Below are positions 1 through 8,325 of a DNA stretch of 64,000 nucleotides, in pieces. The stretch comes from a virus. The notes below the pieces were generated by a model. That model made no database searches. It saw only the letters and a list, made by a program, of their open reading frames with translations, and was not told the origin of the DNA. The stretch's first letter is position 1, and each line of letters opens with the position of its first letter. The translations under genes were made by a program, and so were the position numbers. The DNA lies in IMG/VR virus record IMGVR_UViG_3300023082_000010, positions 28,421 to 92,420 of that record. The stretch is one strand, 5' to 3'.

Positions 1-336
1 GCTTGTTTGGAATACATAAAGAAAGAAGATATCACAAGGCACATCTTGCATAAGAATCTACCTAAAGATTTAGACTGGATTTATTGTGGAACTAAAGCAA
101 CTAACATCTGGGCACATAAAACTATAGCTGTACATGCTTACAATAGGTATGTAAATACAGCTATTAAAGCATATTTACAAGATTATGGTACACCACCAAA
201 TGATGATAAATTTGCGTTGTCTGAGATGGTACAGTGGATATATAGAACACAAATCAGGAATGATAAACCAATATCTTTGTGTATTATGAGTGCTAGAATG
301 AAGAAGCTTTTATGTAATTGGTTAGATAGTAAATAG
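1..336 (+). CDS. C-terminal part (truncated by window edge) of SF2 helicase-like protein; paralog of 52974..54281
   Basis: Frame is open from base 1. TKATN...YNRY...ALSEMVQWIYRTQIRNDKPISLCIMSARMKKLLCNW aligns by eye with TKAVN...YNSY...PLSELLQWIYRSRVRKDEPINLYIPSSRMRGLLQDW. Confidence 0.8.
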   Translation, partial: ACLEYIKKEDITRHILHKNLPKDLDWIYCGTKATNIWAHKTIAVHAYNRYVNTAIKAYLQDYGTPPNDDKFALSEMVQWIYRTQIRNDKPISLCIMSARMKKLLCNWLDSK

Positions 337-364
337 TTAGTGTTTTAGATTTTCAAACAGTGGA

Positions 365-397
365 CCTCTGTAAGCTACGTATTCCGTGGCCTGTAGG
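365..397. repeat. Imperfect palindrome copy A (CCTCTGTAAGCTACG-tattc-CGTGGCCTGTAGG)
   Basis: 19/20 identity to the reverse complement of 54328..54347; shares CCGTGGCCTGTAG with the reverse complement of 39254..39266. Confidence 0.75.
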
Positions 398-438
398 TTT
401 ATATCCTATAATGCTAGAAAGCTTAATTTTAGACACAG

Positions 439-465
439 AAAAGCCCCGACCGTAAGGAAGGGGCT
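439..465 (-). terminator. Rho-independent terminator at the end of the late/lysis operon
   Basis: AGCCCC-N12-GGGGCT followed by TTTC on the minus strand, downstream of 492..1046. Confidence 0.65.
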
Positions 466-491
466 AAAGGTCTTGTATCTGTATATTATTC

Positions 492-1046
492 TTATTGTCT
501 TGCTGTAGTGATAGCACCAAAACTATTGTTATTAATATTAGTGTTTATTACTTTTGTTCCATTCTTTTTATCTTGTTGCAACCCTTCAACTCTTTGTTCT
601 AAAACACTAACTCTTGCACTTAATCTGTTGTCAACAATGTCTAACTTCTCATCAAGTTTGTTGGCCTTACTTTCAAAGTAGGATAAATTCTTGTCGATAA
701 CAGAATCATTATGAGGAAGAGCACTTGCTACTATTTGTGCTGGTGTATTAGCATTAACAATAGGTGCAGGATCTTTCTGATATAGCTCATATAATTTGTC
801 AAGTCTTTGAGCATACAACTGAGCACGGGCCTCTCTCAGTTGCTGATACCTATTAAGATTGTCTTCTACTATTTTAATCTTACCTTCGTAGTTCTTTTTC
901 TCAACATCAAATCTATCTTGCACTTGTCTTTGAAAGTCTTCTAGAGCCGTGTTAGCAGATTGTTTAGTTGTGATTGTAATTATTAAAACTAAAGCTAGGA
1001 CTATAATTATTGCATGTGAGAGTCCCTTCAACACTTTCAAAAACAT
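492..1046 (-). CDS. Membrane-anchored coiled-coil protein (lysis-cassette accessory)
   Basis: N-terminal hydrophobic helix then heptad-rich sequence; AGGAGA SD; last gene of the operon. Confidence 0.6.
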   Translation of the reverse strand: MFLKVLKGLSHAIIIVLALVLIITITTKQSANTALEDFQRQVQDRFDVEKKNYEGKIKIVEDNLNRYQQLREARAQLYAQRLDKLYELYQKDPAPIVNANTPAQIVASALPHNDSVIDKNLSYFESKANKLDEKLDIVDNRLSARVSVLEQRVEGLQQDKKNGTKVINTNINNNSFGAITTARQ

Positions 1047-1082
1047 ATCAATCTCCTACTGCTTATTTTATTTTTAAGGAGA

Positions 1083-1364
1083 CTATTTCTTTTCGTTCTG
1101 AGCCTGCACCAATTTCAGGAGCAAATCGAGTCTTGAACTAAGATCGCTAAACCTAACCTCAATCGACCTTGAAATTCTTTCCTCTAATTGGGTTGCAGAC
1201 TGCTGAGTCATCGCAGTAGCCTGCATCGTATATAAACGTTCTTCTAGGCGATTAATACCATTATAGAAGTATCCTGCCAAAAGAAACAGAAGTGCAATCA
1301 AAGCACTTTTAATACTCTCGTAAGATTTTTCTCTTTGTGCTGCATTAGGATCTGATGTAGGCAT
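1083..1364 (-). CDS. Single-TMD membrane protein (possible holin/antiholin-type)
   Basis: One TMD (SALIALLFLLAGYFY) plus coiled coil; translationally coupled to the upstream o-spanin. Confidence 0.5.
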   Translation of the reverse strand: MPTSDPNAAQREKSYESIKSALIALLFLLAGYFYNGINRLEERLYTMQATAMTQQSATQLEERISRSIEVRFSDLSSRLDLLLKLVQAQNEKK

Positions 1365-1630
1365 TATTTATCCCCAAACCTTTCTGAGTTGATACGCTTC
1401 CATGTTTGGAGCATTTTTAGTTTCTTCTGACAAGCAGCTAAATTTGTAGTCTGTTGAATCCAAGCTGATGTTAGTGTAAGCTTGTCTTTGGAGTCTTTAC
1501 CAGAAATTTCAGGAGGGGGACTAATGACACAATCTGATATTGCCTCATCAGAAGGTAAAATAACTATTGGTTTTTGATAACCACAAGAAGAGATAGACAT
1601 ACAAACAAGGCAGAGGAGTATATATCTCAT
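1364..1630 (-). CDS. o-spanin (Rz1-like lipoprotein) #2
   Basis: Lipobox ISSC, Pro-rich DCVISPPP, C-terminal NLAACQKKL typical of o-spanins. Confidence 0.7.
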   Translation of the reverse strand: MRYILLCLVCMSISSCGYQKPIVILPSDEAISDCVISPPPEISGKDSKDKLTLTSAWIQQTTNLAACQKKLKMLQTWKRINSERFGDK

Positions 1631-2124
1631 TTCTTCACCTTCGGACAGATTTTATCTTCAGGAAAACTTGTGCAAAAACTTGTCTTCATCATAGCCTTAA
1701 GTTCAGCATCAACTGGAACTAATTTTTCAATAGTTTGTGTCTGAGTTTTAGTTATTACTTTTGTCTCAACAACAGGAGTGTTGATTAGAGTGTTTTGTAC
1801 TTTCTCAATCTTATCATTCAAGCGATTACTAATCTTTTCAACTGTAACAGACACGGGAGGTTGTGCAACAGGCAGGTTAGATGAGGGTACTTTATTCAAC
1901 TCTGCTTGAGATTGAAGAATGGAGATTGCACGATCTTTCTCAATACCCGTCATCATAAGCTGTGTGTTAGCTTGCCTCAGGTCCTTATTCTTTTCTGTTT
2001 CCGTGTAAAGCATAACTCCCAGTACGGATACAACCACAATGGTTAGAACACCAAAATAGATGTGTAAGTCATTCTCTATAAACCATGCTTCTGATTTAGC
2101 CAAGAAAGGTTTTATACGGTGCAT
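1627..2124 (-). CDS. i-spanin (Rz-like) #2
   Basis: N-terminal TMD, coiled coil, C-terminal Cys pair; 4-nt overlap with the lipoprotein gene. Confidence 0.55.
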   Translation of the reverse strand: MHRIKPFLAKSEAWFIENDLHIYFGVLTIVVVSVLGVMLYTETEKNKDLRQANTQLMMTGIEKDRAISILQSQAELNKVPSSNLPVAQPPVSVTVEKISNRLNDKIEKVQNTLINTPVVETKVITKTQTQTIEKLVPVDAELKAMMKTSFCTSFPEDKICPKVKK

Positions 2125-2126
2125 GG

Positions 2127-2411
2127 TTATTCCTTCTTTGGTTTGTAAATTCTTTGCTGATCAGCGTCCCATTCAGCTAATTTCTTTAGCCTAATACTAA
2201 ACTCACCAATACACCCTGTATTACTCACATACCCTTGTGCCAAACTAGACAGTGTGTCACCAGCCTCCACAGGCTTACACGGATCACTTAAGAGGTTGAT
2301 TGGGATCGATACATAGACCGGGGATTGATTGACAATAGCTTTCTGAGAGCACGCTACGCAACTCATCACTAAGATAAATATCATCAGAGCTTGCATTATT
2401 TGTTTTAACAT
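2127..2411 (-). CDS. o-spanin (Rz1-like lipoprotein) #1, overlapping i-spanin #1
   Basis: Lipobox (VAC), P..LL.PC motif and second Cys; starts inside 2284..2727 in another frame (overlapped spanin architecture). Confidence 0.75.
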   Translation of the reverse strand: MLKQIMQALMIFILVMSCVACSQKAIVNQSPVYVSIPINLLSDPCKPVEAGDTLSSLAQGYVSNTGCIGEFSIRLKKLAEWDADQQRIYKPKKE

Positions 2412-2727
2412 CTGATGCCTCTTTGTCTTTAGTCAGTCGTGCGAGAGTGTTAATCTTCTTATTCAGTACACTTACTTTGCCTTGCAATACTTCACGCTCT
2501 TTTGAGTCTTCTAAACTCTTAAGAGTGGTTGAAGCTAAGGTAGCACTCAGGTTCTCTTTATCCTTGTTTGCGCTGATTAATTGTGCAGATAAAGCGTCAT
2601 TCTGAGCGGATAAAGCGCCTGTCTCAGCAATAGAATTCTTTAGAAGATATCCTGAAGCAAAAAGAGCAATAACAAGTGCTACAATGAGGTAGTAGGTCCA
2701 AGAGATGCCTGATAGGAAAGACATCAT
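2284..2727 (-). CDS. i-spanin (Rz-like) #1
   Basis: N-terminal TMD, long coiled coil, C-terminal Cys pair; follows the holin. Confidence 0.75.
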   Translation of the reverse strand: MMSFLSGISWTYYLIVALVIALFASGYLLKNSIAETGALSAQNDALSAQLISANKDKENLSATLASTTLKSLEDSKEREVLQGKVSVLNKKINTLARLTKDKEASDVKTNNASSDDIYLSDELRSVLSESYCQSIPGLCIDPNQPLK

Positions 2728-3041
2728 TCTTTAGGCTCTTCTGTTACTGTATACTGCCAAAGCGACTTTTGTTTTATGAAACGTGCAAAAAGTCCCAATG
2801 CGTTAAAAGAAAACATCAAGATTGCGTAGGTTTGTGTGGTCATCGTAGGTTCAAGCAACCCAAGAAACGGCAACAATTGGTCGATGAACGTAAGTATTAC
2901 AGATGAGAGGTGGAGCCAAAATGACCAAGTAAGAAAGATTTGCCTCCAGTTACTGACGACGGAAACCTTTGAAACTTTTTCCTTTACAATCTCTGCGCTT
3001 TGGGGTATAGTCAATTCTGAGGTAGGAGTTTCTTCTGCCAT
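2724..3041 (-). CDS. Holin (two TMDs)
   Basis: NWRQIFLTWSFW motif, 2 TMDs, ARFIKQ basic C-terminus; lies between endolysin and spanins. Confidence 0.7.
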   Translation of the reverse strand: MAEETPTSELTIPQSAEIVKEKVSKVSVVSNWRQIFLTWSFWLHLSSVILTFIDQLLPFLGLLEPTMTTQTYAILMFSFNALGLFARFIKQKSLWQYTVTEEPKE

Positions 3042-3072
3042 AATTTAATATTCTTGATAAAGGTGATATATA

Positions 3073-3680
3073 ATGAAGTTAGTTTATGGTGTGGGTATAA
3101 ATGATGCTGATTACACCCTCAGTAAATATGAAAAATTTGTCAGCGCGGAGGGCTTATTGAAGGTTCGTCAGGTATGGGTTTGTCCTTTTTATTCGAGATG
3201 GCAATCCATGATTACTCGCTGTTACAGTAAGAATTTTCTTATAGAGAATCCATCCTACAAAGATTGTACCGTCTGTGAGGAATGGTTAACTTTTAGTAAA
3301 TTTAAATCTTGGATGGAGACGCAGAATTGGAGTGGTAAGACCCTTGATAAAGATATATTGTGTAAAGGCAATAAAATTTACTCTCCCGAATTTTGTGTTT
3401 TTGTTCATGCCAAAGTAAATCTTTTTATCATTGAACGTGAGAGTAAACGTGGTGAATGGCCTATTGGTGTTCACTTTGAAGAGAGCTACCAAAAGTATAA
3501 ATCCACAATAACTTCTAACAATAAGACTGTAAACTTAGGTAGGTATGATACAGCTGAGCAAGCCCATCAAGCTTGGTTGGACTTTAAGCTTGATGGGCTT
3601 ATATACTAGCTTCAGAGCAAGAAGACGATAGGGTAGCTAAAGCTCTCGTAGAAAGGTACAAAAATTATTCTCGCACATAA
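3073..3680 (+). pseudogene. HNH-type (DKD-variant) homing endonuclease with AP2-like tail; C-terminus frameshifted near 3595
   Basis: W..M..RCY...VCEEW..FSKFKSW...LDKDIL..GNKIYSP..C.FV and NLGRYDTAEQAH. The ORF stops at 3609, but another frame continues AYILASEQEDDRVAKALVERYKNYSRT* to 3680, matching the C-termini of paralogs 45168 (KVVKAL) and 58908 (RVYEAL). Confidence 0.65.
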
Positions 3681-3687
3681 GGCTTTG

Positions 3688-3717
3688 TAAAGCTGTTACA
3701 ACAACATAACAGCTTTA
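3688..3717. terminator. Hairpin between the convergent endonuclease and endolysin genes
   Basis: TAAAGCTGTTA-caacaaca-TAACAGCTTTA followed by a T-run on +. Confidence 0.5.
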
Positions 3718-3733
3718 TTTTAAATCACCAAAA

Positions 3734-4162
3734 TTAAGAGAGAAACAATTCCTTCTCAGCCAACCTGCGTTTAGTCAATCCTGCCAGAACTTTACCACCA
3801 GCTTTATCCCACCTTGGAAACTCAGATGCTGCACCAGTATAATCCAGAGAGTTTAGCTTACGAAGCAAAGTAGAGGATTTGAGATTACCCAGTCCTAAGT
3901 TAAAAGAGAAACTAATCAAAGCAGCATGTTGGTTTTCATTCAAAGGAACTTTAACCAACTCAGCAACACCTTTTTCAAACTTTGCAAGGTCAGATTTTAA
4001 AAGAGTTTCCGCTTGGGATTCAGTAATAACTTGTCCCATATAGACATCAGAGCCAGTGTGTCCATATCCAATAGTCACTACACCAACAGAGTCCTTGTAA
4101 GCTTTTAGCTCAAGTCCCTCAAACTCTTTAATCAGATCAATCCCTTTTTGAGATGTCTTCAT
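3734..4162 (-). CDS. Endolysin, GH24 phage lysozyme
   Basis: E-x8-D-x5-T catalytic motif (EGLELKAYKDSVGVVTIGYGHT), ALISFSFNLG, GLTKRRLAEKELF. Confidence 0.95.
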   Translation of the reverse strand: MKTSQKGIDLIKEFEGLELKAYKDSVGVVTIGYGHTGSDVYMGQVITESQAETLLKSDLAKFEKGVAELVKVPLNENQHAALISFSFNLGLGNLKSSTLLRKLNSLDYTGAASEFPRWDKAGGKVLAGLTKRRLAEKELFLS

Positions 4163-4175
4163 GTTTTATTTCCTC

Positions 4176-4201
4176 AAAAGACATCTGCCCTTACGGGCAG
4201 A
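4176..4201 (-). terminator. Hairpin/terminator between tail fibre and endolysin
   Basis: TCTGCCC-gtaa-GGGCAGA then TGTCTTTTG on minus. Confidence 0.5.
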
Positions 4202-4212
4202 ACATCCCCGTA

Positions 4213-5223
4213 TCAATACCACTCAATAATAATCAGACCACCTGATCCATTACCACCTGTGCCACCACGGTTGCTGCCATTCACACGATAGCAACCACCA
4301 CCACCTCCACCGCCTGCACCAAACTGTCCGGCGTTAACACCCGGATCACCATTGGATTTAGTACCACGGCCGCCCGCACCACCACCACCAAACGGGCTAC
4401 TGGCACCATTACCACCAGCACCACCGGAGCCTGCATTATCATCACCAATGGAGCCAGAAGCGTCTGAGCCACCACCACCATTGGGGTAGCCTGTACCACC
4501 TAGAACACCACCACCAGAACCATTGTTTACATTAGGACCTCCAAGCCCACCATTACCACCATCCAGGGTGAGGAAAGTACCAACTTTGGTGTCTCCGCCA
4601 GCTTGCCCGTTTGGGCCTGTGGTAAATGTACCTTGGAAACCTGATCCACCTGCACCGATAACAACTGCTAGAGTGCTGCCGGGAACTACAGTGAAAGGCA
4701 CTTTGATAATAGACTGTCCAGCACCACCACCGCCTGCGTTAGCACCAATGCGCCCTAATGATCCAGAGGCAGCAGAACCACCTCCAGCCCCACCACCACC
4801 ACCACCTGCAACACCGCTGATGTAGATAGTGGTTTTACCAGCAGGAACTACAAAGTAGCCGCTGCTAATAAACCGCATCATACCAGCAGAGGATACACCA
4901 AATGCTGTAGTCCAAGCACCGGTGGTATCTGTTACAGGGTTTACATTAGAGTTGGTTCTTACCGCACGATAGAGAGTACCGTTGCTGCCTTTGGTGTAGC
5001 TAAGGCTTGCCTGATACTCTGTCGCGTTATCCCACACAGGGATGCCATGTTGGTTTACGTGAGCGTTAAATCTGTCTTGTTTATTATCAAGCCAGTTGAA
5101 ATACTCACGAGGTGGGATAATAGCTTCCCAACCATTTGCAACATAAGCTGCATCTGGAGCTGCAATGTCTCCAGTAGCAGCCCAGATATTGTTAATGTCA
5201 TTAGGTTTGTTTATGTTAGGCAC
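4213..5223 (-). CDS. Tail fibre protein with glycine-rich C-terminal domain
   Basis: N-terminal baseplate-attachment motif (PPREYFNWLDNKQD, WDNATEY); GGGGGG-rich domain ending GGSGGLIIIEW. Confidence 0.85.
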   Translation of the reverse strand: MPNINKPNDINNIWAATGDIAAPDAAYVANGWEAIIPPREYFNWLDNKQDRFNAHVNQHGIPVWDNATEYQASLSYTKGSNGTLYRAVRTNSNVNPVTDTTGAWTTAFGVSSAGMMRFISSGYFVVPAGKTTIYISGVAGGGGGGAGGGSAASGSLGRIGANAGGGGAGQSIIKVPFTVVPGSTLAVVIGAGGSGFQGTFTTGPNGQAGGDTKVGTFLTLDGGNGGLGGPNVNNGSGGGVLGGTGYPNGGGGSDASGSIGDDNAGSGGAGGNGASSPFGGGGAGGRGTKSNGDPGVNAGQFGAGGGGGGGCYRVNGSNRGGTGGNGSGGLIIIEWY

Positions 5224-5224
5224 G

Positions 5225-7495
5225 TTACATCCTCTTTATTACATTTCCGGCAGCAGTATCAACCCACAAACTTCCGGCTGGTAAGCCGCTAGAGGATGTT
5301 GGTAGACTAGAAAGATTTAACTGTTCAAAACTAATACGCCCAAAAACTACAGGCTCTCTTGCGTGGTATAGTCTTATACGGCCCACTGCTAGTGTACCTG
5401 TTGCCCCAGACAAATTTATAAGCTGAAATGTTGGAGCTAACGTATTACTACGGAACTTGAAAGGAAATCGAAACCTTGTCCAACCGATCCCCGGCACTGC
5501 TATTCGTTGAAAAGAGTTTGCACCAGAGCTGTGGGCTATTCTGGCAGTTATCAGAGTTAGAGGAGTAGTACCGTTGGCCTTAAGATCAAACTCAATCCAA
5601 CTTACAGCCCCTGCAACAATTGATCCTGTTGGCAGTACACAGTTAACTGCCGAAAAGTTAGGGAATGTTAGAGCATATGCATCACTTTCTCCGGTGGCAT
5701 CTGTTGTAGTTCCCTGAGAAGTTGACCCACCCGCCAAAGGCATTCCAGAAATCCTGCTATTAAATAACTCTACATACCCTGTCTTGTCATTAGCACCAGA
5801 TGTGTGCGGATAGAAAAGAGTACCCCTCCCTGCATTTTCATAAGACGTGTCAACAAAAGTTGCAGTATAGTTTCCATTACTTGGTGATAAAGGAGGTGTA
5901 GCAAGGCCAGCACTAAGATTAATATTATCCGAGAGAAGGTTTAAGGATGCTGTACCTTCGTTGACAGTAGGCGTTGTTCTAAATTCAAGCAAAAATTTAG
6001 GTGTATTGTACTGTAGTTGGTTATCAGATACTACCAATCCTCGAATATAAGGGGTAGTTGTATACACAATTGAAGGGCTTGATAGATCGCTACCACAGAA
6101 AACATTCTCTGAAATTGTAGCTCCATATACATACTCAGCCGTATCCGCCGACAGATCGGGCATTGCTAGGCCATTTGATGCCCCTGATAATTCAGGGGCA
6201 TAAACGACTCTATAGTCAGTTGCTTGAAGATTCTCAAGGCCAAATTTATTACCGCCCGATATCGTACAACCATGCCCCTCATTCGTTGCGCCCGGTACTA
6301 ACCAAATTGAAATTCGGGGTGTTCCATTTCCAGTTTCAAACTGAATGAAGTCATTAGACTCAACAGCAACACATTGTCCTGCGGTGCGCAGCTTTAGGTG
6401 GATTCTATTTGTAAGGAAGGCATTGCCTTTTATCAGCGATACATCTGCCCAGCGGTTTAGCGCGATACCGATAGTGGATACCGAATTTGCGGCACGGAAA
6501 CTATTGAACTGGATTTTCCAGTACGGGCAATCACTCGCGTTTACATCGATTGCGCAGGCCGTATAACCGATGAATACGTTCTTATGGATCAGCTTTTGAT
6601 AGCTTACGTCCACGCCTGCAAACGTGGACCGGAAGGCACCTAGACCGTTAGCGAATTGCAGGCCTTGAATTTCTAAAACTACCTTGGCGGTGGCGGTATC
6701 GATCAGGCGAGAGGTTGCCCCGAGAATTATTACCGTAGCCTCCGCGCCTTCACCCTCGATAAATAGACGCGTTCCTGTAAATGGATGCCCTGTACCCGTG
6801 TAACGATATGTGCCTTTCTTGAACCATAGACATTTGGAGTTAGTGCTACAGTAAGTAAGCGCGGGATCGATTGCGAAAGTATCATCACTAGCCGCATCGT
6901 TACCGTTAGCACCCCACCACTGAGGGAAAACCTTACCATCAAAGCGGCGTTTTATCCTACGCCCTAATCCATCAACAAACGTAACACCCCCGTCATCGGG
7001 AGTAGTAGTATCGCTTGTGTCGATATAGAATTCACCACCAATACCCGGTGTTACAATTTCAAAAGCTGTTGCTGAACCTGTATATGCACGCATCTGCGCA
7101 TAACTAGCAAATTTCTTGGATAAATTTAGTTGTGATGTTAATGGGCCGCTGTCCCAACCAATTAAATTGGCTCCAAGATCTGTACTATCTTGTCTCGCAA
7201 GATCTGCTCTAAGAGCGGCAGCACTGCCCCCACTTGATATTTCACCTTCGATTATATCTACACGACCATCAATATCAGTGGCTTGTGTTTGAAGGGTGCC
7301 AATATCACTCTCAGCAGTTGTGAGCCTTTGATTAAGATTGAATGTACGATTAGCTAATTGCTGTGCTTGAGCATTTGCATGGCCTGCACTTGGAACACCA
7401 CCGTCAATAACTGGAGCGCCACCAAGAACAGGAGTGGACTTCTCTAGTTGAAAAATCCCTTCTTCATAAATAGGACTCTCAGTTAAGTTGGTCAT
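5225..7495 (-). CDS. Tailspike / receptor-binding protein with right-handed beta-helix (putative depolymerase)
   Basis: N-terminal IFQLEKSTPVLGG...ANAQAQQLANRT anchor; PQWWGANGND..DDTFAI start of a pectate-lyase-3-like helix; CBM-like C-terminal region. Confidence 0.8.
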   Translation of the reverse strand: MTNLTESPIYEEGIFQLEKSTPVLGGAPVIDGGVPSAGHANAQAQQLANRTFNLNQRLTTAESDIGTLQTQATDIDGRVDIIEGEISSGGSAAALRADLARQDSTDLGANLIGWDSGPLTSQLNLSKKFASYAQMRAYTGSATAFEIVTPGIGGEFYIDTSDTTTPDDGGVTFVDGLGRRIKRRFDGKVFPQWWGANGNDAASDDTFAIDPALTYCSTNSKCLWFKKGTYRYTGTGHPFTGTRLFIEGEGAEATVIILGATSRLIDTATAKVVLEIQGLQFANGLGAFRSTFAGVDVSYQKLIHKNVFIGYTACAIDVNASDCPYWKIQFNSFRAANSVSTIGIALNRWADVSLIKGNAFLTNRIHLKLRTAGQCVAVESNDFIQFETGNGTPRISIWLVPGATNEGHGCTISGGNKFGLENLQATDYRVVYAPELSGASNGLAMPDLSADTAEYVYGATISENVFCGSDLSSPSIVYTTTPYIRGLVVSDNQLQYNTPKFLLEFRTTPTVNEGTASLNLLSDNINLSAGLATPPLSPSNGNYTATFVDTSYENAGRGTLFYPHTSGANDKTGYVELFNSRISGMPLAGGSTSQGTTTDATGESDAYALTFPNFSAVNCVLPTGSIVAGAVSWIEFDLKANGTTPLTLITARIAHSSGANSFQRIAVPGIGWTRFRFPFKFRSNTLAPTFQLINLSGATGTLAVGRIRLYHAREPVVFGRISFEQLNLSSLPTSSSGLPAGSLWVDTAAGNVIKRM

Positions 7496-7504
7496 AAACT
7501 TCCT

Positions 7505-8311
7505 TTAATATAAAATAATTTCAATATCTGATTCATCAAATTTATCAGAATATGTTGGAACTGAATTGTATGTAGCTGGGATGTCATACGGGAATGAGCC
7601 GTTATATGTCACAGACCAGCTAATTGGTGTGTCTGTACGAACATATTCACCGTATCTTACGTTAACACCAATTGTCTTAGGAATAAGGCCTGATGCGTAC
7701 CCTGAAGAGGAATCTGTATAATTCAATAGACCCCTTTCAAAATCAGATAAAGGTCTTCCAAATAACACCGTGACATTACCAGACTGCTCAGCACTCTCAT
7801 CTTCAATGGCAATAACTGAGCTGTCACCAAAGATAAGGTTCATACTCCTGATAAATTCTTCAGAAGTAGAAGATGTAGTATTCTTTAAAATCTTAGCTCT
7901 GATAAACAACCGATAGGTTTCATCATCAAGCTCGACATTCCCACCTAATGGCTCACCAAGAGAGTAGAAAATGCTGCCAATTGTTGGGTCACTCAGAGTA
8001 CCCATAGACCCTGCTTTCAAAGCACCTTGAAAACCGAAGAATGTGTACAAGTCTGAGTTGAGCAACACCCTGTCTTGACCAACGATGCGCCCAAGGATAT
8101 TAAGCTGCTCACCTGTTGCTGTGTCTAGTGAGCGAAGTTGCATAAGGTCTTTAAAGACAGACTGGATTTCGACTTGGGCCGATATCATCAGTCTTAGAAA
8201 TCGGTCCAGCACCTTCGCGCCAGTATCAGTGTTTGGATCATAGCGAAACTGCTCAGTTATTCTTGAGCGTGCAACACCTAGGTAGTCTTCTTCAATAAAT
8301 TCATTCAACAT
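7505..8311 (-). CDS. Baseplate wedge protein (DUF2612-like)
   Basis: LDTATGEQLNILGRIVG, FFGF and LDDETYRLFIRAKI motifs; position after baseplate J. Confidence 0.85.
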   Translation of the reverse strand: MLNEFIEEDYLGVARSRITEQFRYDPNTDTGAKVLDRFLRLMISAQVEIQSVFKDLMQLRSLDTATGEQLNILGRIVGQDRVLLNSDLYTFFGFQGALKAGSMGTLSDPTIGSIFYSLGEPLGGNVELDDETYRLFIRAKILKNTTSSTSEEFIRSMNLIFGDSSVIAIEDESAEQSGNVTVLFGRPLSDFERGLLNYTDSSSGYASGLIPKTIGVNVRYGEYVRTDTPISWSVTYNGSFPYDIPATYNSVPTYSDKFDESDIEIILY

Positions 8312-8325
8312 TTAGAAGACCTCAT

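Noticed and set aside
4213-4830. ACC/CCA-rich repeats as a DNA repeat element or DGR target
   Set aside because: Explained by Gly-rich coding; no template repeat or reverse transcriptase is seen
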